From: Klebsormidium nitens
Lineage: Eukaryota; Plantae; Klebsormidiophyceae
Length of the DNA stretch: 64,000 bases
Direction of reading: 5' to 3'
NCBI GenBank assembly: GCA_000708835.1
Contig: DF236969.1
Location: 186,001-250,000, forward strand
This document shows positions 25,001 to 36,900 of the stretch, piece by piece. The notes under the pieces were generated by a model. The model saw only the letters and a list, made by a program, of their open reading frames with translations. It did not search any database and was not told the DNA's origin. Both the position numbers and the translations under genes were made by a program. The first letter of the stretch is position 1. Each line of letters starts with the position of its first letter.

Positions 25001-28000
25001 CGCTGATCCAGCCGTGGGCGTGCAACTTTGCTGCTGTTCTCCGCGAGGAAACGGTCGCGGCAGACGCCGCATGGCCGCAGAAAGGGCACGAAGCGGAGGT
25101 TGCGGACGAACCGCAGCTGATCGAGATTCCGGACGCCCGGGTCCGCGCGCTCGTCGAGCGGATGCCGAATCTGCAGAACCTGCGGAGTAGCTACACCGAA
25201 GAGGAAGAGGAGCTGACGTCACCTCTTCCGTTGGCGCCACGGACGAGCACCGAAGTGGACAGAAGAGGATCGGTGGAGTCCGGGAGGGGTTCCGTTTCCG
25301 GTGGCCAGAAGCAGGAGGGTTCCGTTCGGAAAGGCTCGACGGAACAACCCAGCTCTCCGGGGAGAAAAGAGCGGGCAGGCAGCGGCTCGAAAGAGGAGTC
25401 CGTCCGGAAAGCCTCGCTTGAGTCGACACTGACCACTAAAAGACCAGCGGCAGAGAGCGTCTCGAAAGCCGAACCAGAGCGGAAGGGCAAGGAAGCGAAA
25501 GTGGCTCCTGAACCTTTAGAGACCCCTTCCTCCAAAGTCAAGCCAGCTGACGACATCAATGCTGTCCAGAAGAGTTCCGTTGGGGTGCTCATGGCCGGGT
25601 GGAAGGAAGCGGAAAGTGAGCTACAAGGGGATGCCGGCGGACAATCAGCGTCAAGCCGGAGCATAATCAGGAGGATGCTGGACCGCACTTTCAGCGACAT
25701 CAGCACCGCAAGCAGCACGGTCTCTTCCAGGGCATCGCGGGACGAAGATGACGCCGACCGAAGTCTACGGAAGCGGAGCGGAACGGAACCGGAAGCCAAG
25801 CCCATGTCCCCGAGCGAGCAGACCCTGCTCTGCCTCTTCCAGATCACGAGAACCTGCGGCTGGCCCCCCGCACATTCCCACCTTCTCCGGGGGGTCTGGC
25901 AAGGCCTGCTTTTAGCCCCCCAGGCTGAAAAAGTCGGCGTCGCGAGCTTCGTGACCGATTTCCTGCTGCTCTGCCATATGTCCCGGGCGGAATCCCCCGA
26001 GACTGCGTACGTGCCCCAGGGGTCGAAAAAGCAGCCGGGGAACGAAGCCCCGGGCAGAAAGCCGGCCGGAGTGGGGCTGGATCAGCGCCTGGCGAAGCTG
26101 TTGCTGGGCTACTTGCTGGAGACGGACTGCGGGGAGGCCGTACTGCAGCGGCTGGTGGATGGCGTGCGCACCTACACTCTGGTAAGCCTCCGGATTACGA
26201 GCTTTCAATTTGATTCCTCTCACAATTTATTCCATTGAGAGGAGTCTAAGCAACAGTACGACTGCAAGTTTGACTTTACGCACGCCACGAATGTTTTGTC
26301 TGGGGCCCTACGGGTTGCTTTACACGTGTCAGCTGCTGCCTTCAAAGTAGCATCGCCGCTGGCAACAGCAAACAAGAGACTCAGGACTAGTTTCCTGAGC
26401 TGAGTTATCGAAAGCTTCAATACATGTAAACTCAAACAGAACACTCTTGACATGCCTAAACCGACCCCAACTTCCATTTCTAACAGACGACGTCAGGTCT
26501 CGACGACGGCCCGATGTCTCTCGCGTGGGAGAGCGCGTCCCAGTTCGTGCCCCAGCCGGTCGGCCAGAAGGAGCACAGTGCTCTTCTTCTGCTCGCGGAT
26601 GCGGCGTATCACCAGGACACGCTTCTCGTCGCGCATTTGCCGCAGCTCCTCCACGTGGCGATCGTCCTGCTGCGGCCACGCGCCGAGCACCTCTGGGCGC
26701 ACCGGGCCGCCGGGTCCTTCAACCTGTGAGTAGCACGGTCTTCAGAACGGCCTCTGAAACTAATGAGTATCACCGAGTCCGATCGTGCTGTCTGAGAGCT
26801 CAAGATGCTTCTGAGATACACTGATGGGCCGTTTACAGCCTGTTAGTCGCACTAAGAATCCTTTCCGTGTCTCTCTCTGGAGATGCCGATTCGCTTTGCC
26901 GCCTTTTCCAGCGCTTTTCTATGATGCAAAGTCACGAAAACCTGGCCGTTTAGGCGCTGGCAAGACATGCTCTTATCATCGTCGACACGGCCTCACTGAA
27001 ACTGATATGCTTTTGAAGCTCGCTTCCTTGATAAGCAAATAGCCAGCTATACATTGTTGTCTTGTCCTGCGGACCGACGATGAACTTTTGCTGGCCCACT
27101 CGTCTTGATCTCCTGCGCACGGCACCACATGCTACTTGCAATCGCGGGCTGAACGGTGGCGACTTCTGTCTGCAGCTGCTTAGGGAGCCACTCGCTCATC
27201 TCGTACCTTCTCCATTCCCTGGCGGTGCGCTACGCGCCCAGCAATCTCGCGCGCGAGCGCGCCCAGACCTTTTTGGACACCTACTACGGTCCGGAGGACC
27301 CAAATCGAGAAGCAGGCGACCGGGCTGACCGAAGCAAGGCAGACGCACAAAGTGAGCTCCCAGCGCCTTTCATGATTTGATTTCAAGGACATTGGTTTCA
27401 ATTGTCAATTACACTTCTCTAGACCTGGGTATGGTGTACAATCGGGTGGTGTACACCTTGCCTTTTCCGGTATCTGACTTGGCCAGCCGCTTAATAACGC
27501 TCCTGCACCATTAATATTCTACTCTCCGTTCCTGTCAAAATTCCTACTATTCACTAGGAGAAACCCTTTCTTCAATCCGCAGCTTCCAATCAGGACAGCA
27601 TTATTACCGTTTCTTGCCCTTGTTCACAGAAACAATTCGAAAAAGAAAAAGCTCTCTCTAGATAATCTTGGAGGTTAAATAAACACATCTTCACACCCGT
27701 CTCTTGCAGGAGCTTCCGCAGACCCCGAGGAGCGCCTCACGACGTCCTACCTCTTCGAGCTCATCTCCCTCCTGCAGCCGTTCCGGCCGGAGCTCCGGGC
27801 GGAATGGGCGGAACAGGCCCTCAGCTGGGCCGCCGGCGCAGTCGACAAGCGCATCGTCGTCGACAGCCTGCGCGTATTTGCGGTGGTCAACAAGAGCGCT
27901 CACGTAGGCACGCTTGCGAAAGTGGAGCGGTTGCTGCTAGGGGCGGTGCGCATGCGGGACTACGTGGTGGCTGATAGCGTTCTCGACGTGTTTGCAAAGG

Positions 28001-31000
28001 TGAGGAGAAGTTTCGGAGGTACAAATGACTGCAGGTTTGGACACTTTGCAACCTGCCAGATGTAGAAGCTTGTGAGGGGCAGGTTTACATTGATTACCGA
28101 AAGGAGCAGTGTGGGTAGCTAATTTTTCAAGGCGGGAGCCTCCGGGTATGGTCAAGCATCTGCCCATGTCAGTTCAGCTGATTTGTCCGGATGCACCGAC
28201 GTTTTCAGGGTCATCGTAAATATTGATTTACATCACGGCCTCAAAGTGGACTCCGAAACCGGACAATTTCTGTATGGGGCTTTCAAGAGTGCAAATAGCA
28301 GAACGGGGGGAATTACGCAGCGGCACCGCACCCATTGGTTCAACCTGAAAATACCCGAAAACTCCAAGAGGAAGCGGCCGACAGATGTGGTTCCACCCGA
28401 CTGTTCCATCGATTTTCCTCTGCTCGTACATAAATCTTTGAGACCTGAAGAAAACGTTCCGAGAGTTTCGAAATCAAGTTTCAAGAAGGCTCGAAGGCTC
28501 TGACGGATGTGGTAATCCTAAGCAGCTCCTTGAAGCTTGGAACGGCCGGCCTTTCGCAGGTCGTCGCCCGCCTCTGCCGGCAAGACCCCTCCCGCTCCGC
28601 GGACTCCCAAAGCGTACCCCCGAGCGGCGCCTGGGAGCACGTGACGGCGTCCGCACTGGCCGCGCTGTCCTGTACGAACGTCCGCATGTTCCACAAGGCG
28701 CTGACCATGGCCCAGGTTAGTATCACAAAGTGCCAGTCGAAGGCCCGAGAGTATCCTTCGCACCGTCCATTTCTTTTTAGACGGCTCACATTGTATCTGG
28801 CGCAATAGTGGGCGCTACAAACGTCTCGCTTCACGGCAGGACTTGCAGATGGGTAACCAAAACTAGGTCAATGCCAAATGGCTGCAGAACCAGGTTTGAT
28901 CAGGATTCTAAGAGAAGGTGTTGGCACGTCTGCCCGGACACAGATTCAGCTTGACCTTGCTACTAGCCCCCTTTTGGGTCAACGCCAATCAAGTTCGACT
29001 TTCGGGCTGACGGTCATGGTTGCCCTCGGAGCATGGAACCGGCTGCTAACGCGCAAAAGACATCAAGTTTGGGTTCCGGGCAGACATGCATGGTTTTTCT
29101 TGAAGCACGGAACCGGCTCCTAACGCGCTTTGTGACCCTGGATCAGGTCCTGATCGAGGCGCGCCCCGAGGGAGCCCGCGACGTGGCCCTGGACGAGTTC
29201 TGGCGAGTGGTGGGGGGCCCGGTGGATGAGACCGTGTACGAGCTGCTTTTCCCCGGGCTGCTGGACGAGAAGACGGCGCTCGGGACGCTGAGCCTGCTGG
29301 AGGTGAGGGGCTGGCGGGCGGGTTTGGAAAGTTACTTTCACCGTTGATGTTTGTTTTCGAACTGTCCACATTTTTTAATAGGAGGCCTAAACGCTTTGAT
29401 GCGCCACAAAGGTGCACATACTGCAAATTCAAGTGTAGTACGGAGGCTGTCATATGGTCAAAAATTGCTACTCTACCCATTCACTGAAAATTGTGTTGAG
29501 AAGGGTGCTGAACGTCGAATATCAGGGAGACTGGCCCAATGGGCTGTCGCATCAATTGTGCCGCACGTTTTGCAATTTCGGCAAAAGGGATTTGGCTGCG
29601 GCCAATGCGCTCACGGTTTTCGCCTGCACCAGTCCTCGCGGCACTTCAAAAGCTTTCAGCTTGTTGTACCGGGCCAAGAGTCTGTCGTTTTACCGACGAG
29701 TTATTACAAGAAGCCAACAAAGAGAGTGCTGTGATACAAATAAAGAAAGCTGATGTTTGACGATGCGCAAATGCTTTGCCTCACAGAATTGCGTAAAGCT
29801 GCGCTCAACGCTAATCTACTCTACTAGTTGACCCTACCAGAAGCTCTGTCTATGCACAACAGCGCAGTATGTAAGCTCTCCCTTAAATCTCGAGCATCCC
29901 TTCCACTCCTGCAGACCTTCGCTAAGGCGCACGCAATCGCTCTTCCGGCGGACAATAAGCTGACGGTCATCGTGCTACTGCTCAACACCGCCCTCATCCA
30001 CTCCGGGCAGACCCAGCGATGCGCGGAGGCGTTGCGAATCGTCGACAGCAGCGGGTGCGCGCTCGCCGACCTGAGCGCGATCTTTACCGCGCAGATGACG
30101 GGGAAGTACCAGAAAGCAGGTGAGCTATCACAGAGAGGAAGGAGGAAGCCCGTTTGTTGCACGAAACGAACCTTGTCGGTGAATGTCACACCACAAACGC
30201 CCCGGCTACCAAAGTTGCGGCACGCTTACCGCTCGTCCTTTGTTTGGTTGGACGAGCGTACTTCTAGAATTGCTGCTGGCCTGTCTTCAGGTCGAGTCTG
30301 TCTCGCTCTTAGCCTGACTTACAAGGGCTGATCCACTCTGAAAGGAAACCAACAACTGCAATCCTTCATCCTGATCACCGCATGCCGCTCCTCAGGTCCT
30401 ACTTCCTTCAACCCGGCCCCCCCGCCGCCCACCTCCCCCCGCAAGAACCGGACGACCAGCTATACATACGGCCAGCGAGACAAAGGGCTCGGTTCTCCTC
30501 CAACCAGCGATTCAGCCTCGTCGGCGAAGAAAGAGCCGGATGGAACGGACGGGACCTCACGGACGGCTTCGGACGCGAACGGAGCGTCGGAGGAGGCGAC
30601 ACGTGTCATCAGGCGGCGGCCCAGCCGGCACGCGTTCCTGGAAGCCTTCTTTAACGGCTTTGCGCTTGCGTTCCCGAGGTGCGAGATCATGTCTTCCGCA
30701 CAGCGATTACACGGGAATTTATCCCTGCACGCCAATTTGGAAGCCAAACCTTTCGCCGGCTAAAACGCACCTAACACTTCCCCCTCGTCTTATTTCTCTA
30801 TCTTCGCACCTCCCACTCTATCCATGACTCCGAGACTGACTTCTGCGCGTTCCTTTGTCTCTCTTTTTTACAAAAATCGGAGACGGACGTAGCCTTTCTA
30901 TTTCCTCGAGTCTGAGCGGCTTTTGAAAGTTACAGAAAGCATGGAAAGATGGAAAGATGGAAAGATTTTTTAAAAGAACTTCCTCTGTGTTTTGCAGCGA

Positions 31001-32561
31001 GTACACGTGGACCTTCTCCCTGCACGCCCTGCTCGCGCTCGTCGGCCGGGGACCGTCCGCCTGGCGCGTGCCGCTCACGGACGTCCTCAGCAGCCTGCTG
31101 CACGCGCGCGCGCACGCCTGGACGGACGCCAACTTCTCGGCGGTCGCTGACGTCATTGCTGACGTCCCCACCGCCCGGCCGGCGGACGACGGGGATACGA
31201 AGCGCAGTCAGGCGCGCGGCGACATCCGGGCGCTGCTGAGGGAGCACGCGTCGCCGGCGGTCGCGCAGGTGAGCACTTTGCGGACACTCTGCTCAGAATG
31301 TTCGGGCTCCCGTTTGAATTCTGTGAATAGGGCTGCATTTATTCGGGCTCTCGCTTATTAAAAACTGCCACGTTTGGTCATGGAGACGCAAAAGTGCCTC
31401 TTCACGTGCATCAGGAGGTAAAAAGCTCATGGAATGAAATGAATCAGAAGTACAGGGAAGGAAGAACAGACGCGAGGCCGCTGCAAACCCGGGTTAATGG
31501 GCGAGCAAGCGAATCGACCATTATATAAAGGCTACCGAACGAGAAGAAAGCCTTCGAAGCACGGTGATTGAGCGAGCAGAAAAAGCATGCACAACGACGG
31601 GCGGAACATCGTCTTCAGAATTTGAAGCGCCCCTTTTGTCACTCTCTTGCAGCGCGTTTTGGATGCAATCCGCCCACTCGAGACTGGCAAAGAGAAGCCA
31701 GCCTCTCCCGATCCCCGAACCATGTTGAACCTCCCCCCCGGAAAGAGGCCGCCGGGACCGGCAGCCACCGCGCCCAACCCGCCGGGCGCGCCCGGGGAGT
31801 TCCTACCGGGCTACTCGGCAGGCAGTGACGCCGCACTTTCCAGACTGAAGCGCGCCGAGAGGTGGCTGGAGTATTTGATAGCGAAAGAACGGAGACAGAG
31901 AGATGCGAAGCGGACTCCCCTCCAGGGTGGGGGGGTAAGCTCAGGTGGGGACAAACCTCTAAACGAACGGGATGTCGAAGCTCTCAGTCGACCCGATCAG
32001 AGGAGCTCTAGTAGGAGCCTTCCGCAAGAGTCCCCAGGGGATCATTCCGTGGGCAGTGCTTCCAGGCGGTCGAGCGCGGGGCCTGAGGCGAACATGGCAA
32101 TAAGAGCGGACCCACGACGCGGTGTGGCGGTAAACTCACGGCAAAACTCGACCGACCCGGGTAATTCCGGTGGACCATTGTTGCGGCTCGCCCAGCCGAC
32201 GGAGAGCTCCGCCCGGCGGAACAGCCTGACAGCGGACGGAACGATGAAAGATGCGTTCGTCGACAGTCTTAGACAGCAAGACAGCAGCAGGGATAGGCCG
32301 CTCAAAAATGGTCAGGCCGTTGCGCAGAACGGTGGGCAGGGGCCGGTAAACGGACAGCCCGTGAGCATAAAGGGCTTACTTAGCAAAAGCAAGATAGGGA
32401 AAGAATGCGCGCTCAGTACACAGGTAGGTACAGCACCGCTTCTTCCGTCGGGGAAGACGGCCCTCGTTTCAGACATCCAAGGGGACAGTGGGCCGGTCGA
32501 CATTACGGTTGAAGAATGGACCTTGGGATCGTCGGGTCATTGGCAATCAAGCACTGCATAG
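16093..32561 (+). CDS. Furry/MOR2/TAO3-like HEAT-repeat scaffold (NDR kinase/MOR-RAM pathway), about 27 exons
   Basis: Exons: 16093?-16298, 16497-16648, 16924-17190, 17375-17580, 17842-18057, 18270-18431, 18730-18921, 19089-19175, 19517-19731, 19994-20125, 20362-21196, 21525-21836, 22106-22297, 22577-22732, 23064-23295, 23599-23753, 24219-24461, 24715-26181, 26487-26725, 27176-27351, 27710-27999, 28560-28715, 29147-29302, 29915-30119, 30396-30678, 30998-31268, 31653-32561. All GT-AG; phases were compatible at the junctions I checked. FRY-like motifs: MQVLLCHGKPEFF (cf. LVTCLLCVSQKQFF), AHLPQLLHVAIVLL (cf. LHLPLLLHA), AEWAEQALSWA...SLRVF (cf. W.EVAL.WA...SFQIF). Start codon uncertain (16093 or 16156). 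Confidence 0.75.
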
Positions 32562-33116
32562 ATATAGGGGACATCCACAAGGTTGATTGCGGGCGCTTGA
32601 TTGTCCAGTTCTCTGTTCCGGATCATGCAGTAAAGAGATCCGACTTTCCAAGGGGCACGTTGGTATATCAAAAGTGCGATAAAAGGGCTGTGTAGCATAT
32701 GAGCCTGGTGAAATGTATGGACGTTCTTGAATTGCCACTTAGACTAGATAGAAGCCCGGGTTGGATATTTTAATTGTATAATGGAACAATTGGGACGGTG
32801 GCAGTACTGAGCCATTCTTGTATCTCATAATGCATATATACACGTCGCCGCCCGCGGCGATGACTTCAATGCTTCAACTCGCAAAGGTTGCATTGTTAAA
32901 TCGATAATTAACGCATGCAAATTATATGACCCCGCGATACAAACTGCGTCAGTACACTCACGAAACATCATCTCAACGCGATATATGCGGCGCTAGTGCG
33001 CCGCGACATCCGATCTGCAGATTCGCAGTCACTGGGAAGTGATCGCGCGCTATATAAGTTCCTCGATCCAGATGCTAAAAAACGATTCTTGCTAAGTTTT
33101 TGAGTCTGCTAAGGTT

Positions 33117-33154
33117 TTAAGTCTTACTGCAATTAAGTCTTACTGCAATTAAGT
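33117..33154. repeat. 16-bp tandem repeat TTAAGTCTTACTGCAA (about 2.4 copies)
   Basis: Exact copies at 33117-33132 and 33133-33148, then TTAAGT. Confidence 0.9.
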
Positions 33155-33542
33155 GTGCAAACCTGCAACTGCAAAACTGCAATTGCTAGGTTACCTAAAT
33201 TATCGAGTCTTCTACTGTCCGACACTTTACCGACATGGTGGGCCAAATGCTTCTTGGAATCCATACAGTCTCATGCAAATTGTCGTCACAAAATGAGCAC
33301 AACTCTGATTGCTCAAACATTGAGCATGGAGCTGCCTGTTAACCTTGACGACAAACGTTCAAGTCTGCTGGCCTCTCTTTGTAACAATGACCAGTCCGAC
33401 CAAGGTCTTGCGACTAAACGATTGCAAAGGCTCAGTGTCAGATAGGATCTGCCATATGAAAATCCTGACATTCTTCGCAAGTTAGAGCTCAACATCCAAT
33501 CGTTGACTTCGTTAAGTGCCAACTAAGCTCGACCCGTGACTA

Positions 33543-33574
33543 TGAATTGAATTGAATTGAATCAAATTGAATTG
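33543..33574. repeat. (TGAAT)n pentanucleotide microsatellite-like run
   Basis: TGAATTGAATTGAATTGAATCAAATTGAATTG. Confidence 0.85.
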
Positions 33575-33928
33575 CTTCTAACATCGGTTCGGAGCCTTGC
33601 TCGGCTAAGTCGACGGATTGTTCTTGCTATGCTAAGCCTTGAGAATGCTACTTCTCCTCTCGGTACATATGTGCAGATACTTCCCTATAGCTAAGCTATC
33701 TTCCATATTGGGGAAAGTTTAAAGGCTTTTTGTGCACCTATGCCCAAATAGAGATTGGAAGAGCCTTCTAACATCTTCATAAGCAACGCAATCAAAAACG
33801 AAAATGTATTTCGTCTTCTACTGCACCCGTATCGCAGACTTGGCAAACACTACGGCACCAAGAACACATGGTTTGTGTACCTGCTTGGCAACGAAAGTCC
33901 TCACCATTGAGTCACGCACCCTGTAAGC

Positions 33929-36900
33929 TCATACTTTAAGCAGCTTCGTCTTCACAAACTCATCAAGCAGGTTATTAGGCCGAACGTACGTACTCCCCGC
34001 GAGGATCTCCCGGGCCACCAACCGGTAGAAAGCCGTCGTCCCGTGCAGACCGTCCCAAAAGAGAGACCGGTCAGGATCGTCGCAAACCGAGAACCCGGGT
34101 GCGGAGCACGGGGTGGCCACGTTTGCCGGCCCGCCAGCGCCGCAGCACGCGCGGTCGGCCACTGTAAGACCTGCGGGAAAACGGAATCTTTCGAAGAAGT
34201 TTCAGAAGGGCGTCTAATTACCAAGACGTACGAAACGCGACCTCAGCTTTGCTGGCGCCGCTAGTGTAATCTGCGACCCGACACGATATGTTTGCAGAAA
34301 TCGGAGTTTGCAGGAATCAGAGTTGAAAGCTATAGAGCCACTCGTGAAGCGGTCCGCGTACCGTCGTGCAGCCACGAAGTACGCTGTTGAGGCGCCTACT
34401 GTAAACTGCAATCAATGTGAGTGTCTGGAGTACTTAAATTGCTTCTCTGCCCGAGTGTGTGAATGTATTCGTTACCAGATTTGATTGCAGGAAACCATCA
34501 TCGGAACCCTTCTACAGCTTCCAGTTAAAGAGGTCCTTCGTGACTTTCTCCAATATCAGCTATTCACAACAACAGACCGGGACAAAGACGTCTTCCAACG
34601 TGACCACGTTCACTTGGTCAGATTAGACTCCGTTACCCAAGAGACGCCTTTTCCGGTTCTCTCTCTTTTCCATCTCGAGCTGGGTTCAAAACGTACCAAA
34701 GGCGGCGGGATACGCTATGGCGTCGCTCGTAAAGTTATACAGGTCGCCCAGCAGAACAGTAGCGTTGGGAAGCGCCGCCCCTAGTTGCTGCACCAGCGGG
34801 TCAAACCCCGCGCTCAGGGTTTGGACCACGGGTGCGATCGACGCAAAACAGGTGCCGGTTGGGCTTAGGTTTCGCAGTGCAGGGGCGCAATGGGCGGGTG
34901 GCACGTTTGCTATGAGAATGTTGCGGGCGCCGAGAGCGTATGTGTCCTGCGGAGGGGGGAGGAGAGCGTATGAGAATTGTGCGTCGAGAGCATATGCGTC
35001 CCGTTGGAAGAAGGACGAGGGCGTATTGGAGTCGGGCGCCAAAAGTTTGTTGCTTATGCACAGAGGCGGAGCAGAGCGTATGAGGGGAGGGCAAGAAGCG
35101 CAATCAAAAGGATTATAGAAGTCGGAATGTGGACAGGCAATTGCGTATCCCCTCTGCGACGAAGGCAACCGGACACACCTGGCCGCCGGTTGATTGACAA
35201 TCATGGCACGATAAGGGGAGAAGAGATTGGTCCGCTTTGCGGACAAGTGCAAAAGCTCTCCCTGAATATGCATTCATGGGTGATATACGCATGTCTCCAT
35301 GGTTGGGCGGGAAGAAAGCTGGAGGCTGGTTAGGACCACAATTCGGCGTTCTTATGGAGCCAACAACTCACAAGATTTGCTGTCGCTGTGAACTACTTCA
35401 GGCAGCCGCCTCGAGAAGGCGGCTCACCTCCGGAAGGCGTTTTGAAAGGCAAAGAGGGAATGGAAGCCAACGGGAAACATCGGAGGATAATACGTGCAGA
35501 AAGAAAGTAAGTAGGCTTGCGTACCGTGACTGCCGATCTTATGGAAGCCAGCACTGCCTGCGCAAGCCCGGCGGGGTTCGTCAGCACCTGGACGAAGTTT
35601 CTGAGATCGTTTCCGCCCGTGGCAAACACGTAGAGCGCCGATCCGAAGGCGTCGGGGTGGGGGAACCGGGGAGTGACGTCAGCGGCGGCCGCTGATGTGC
35701 GCCAGTATGTCGCAGAGTCCTGGACGAACTTCGCAAATAGCTGGGTCTGCGAAAAGGGTCGGAGAGACGAGCTCAGAATCATTCGGAAGATAAACAGTGT
35801 TAAGTATCAGATATCCCGAAGCTTGAGGTGGGTCAGAGCTTGGTCAAAGGCTTGTGGTTCGTAAGCAATTTGCCATGGTTCATTCAACCCTGTCTCAAGG
35901 CATATGGAAGAAGGGCTTCCGAGTTGAAGTGCAAGGCCCGCACAAGGTTGCTGATCAGGTCGTGATCCAATTCGCAAATAGAACCTACAGTCGTCCATGC
36001 TCGGTCGGCGTTCATAATCGTGTTTCGACTCCGCTCTTCACAGAACTTCAATTGCCAATGAAAACCCCAAGGCCCTAAAATCCGGAAACCCCAAGACCTG
36101 GTTAAAAAGGGGCATTGCGGTCTTCGGGTTCCCGGTGGAGTTGAGCGCGCCGCTGCCGGCAGACGCAAAGTTGGCCCCGTAGAAAAAGTTGCCACCTGGC
36201 AGCAAAATAGGGTCTCCGAAGGGGAGGCCCAGGAACTCTGCAAGGTAGTCAACGGTGTTGGGGCCGTTGCAGGGGCGCCCGCTGCAGGAAAGAGGTGGGA
36301 TTCTGAATCCGATCCGAGCTTTGTTCTTCCCTCAAAGCCGCTGTGAAAATGCTTTTCGTTGACCGTTCTTACATACCAATCTTATACGGCTTTGAGAATG
36401 GCGGAGACCGAATGCGACTTTATGGTGCGGCGTGAGCTTCGGCATTTTGGGAGTTTCTGAATCCAAGGAGGCACTAAGCATCAAACTTGTTTTCCGGCAT
36501 ATCATCAAACAACTCCACTACCATTGATCTATGTGGAGTTGAGCAGGACTCGAGCAAACCACGAGTTGAGCAGCGGTAACATCTGAAGCGCCATAGATGA
36601 GTTGGAAAAATGTGCTTCTCTCTTGACAAATGAGTTTTGGAAAAACGTAAGTTGTTTTATCTTGATGCCTCGGGATCAATGCCTTACGTGACGTTGAGCC
36701 TGCCTCCGGGCGTCACTCCATTTGGATACCCTTTGGCGGAAGATTCAGGATCGAGAATGACGCTGCGAAATAGAGGACACACTTGAGCTTGCAGACTTTG
36801 GAGCCCTGGTCTTTTTAGCTTACCAATGCCGTCTATAAAGGTCGCTGAAGGTTTGCCTCACGTTCAGTATGACAAAATTTTCGATTGATCTGTTGGAAGG

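Noticed and set aside
28183-28503. 106-aa ORF inside a Furry intron
   Set aside because: No recognisable domain, and its length is within chance expectation.
30941-30965. (ATGGAAAG)x3 in a Furry intron
   Set aside because: Simple slippage repeat with no functional clue.
31522-31530. TATATAAAG in the last Furry intron, upstream of an in-frame ATG at 31722
   Set aside because: A single short motif with no other promoter evidence; plausible by chance.
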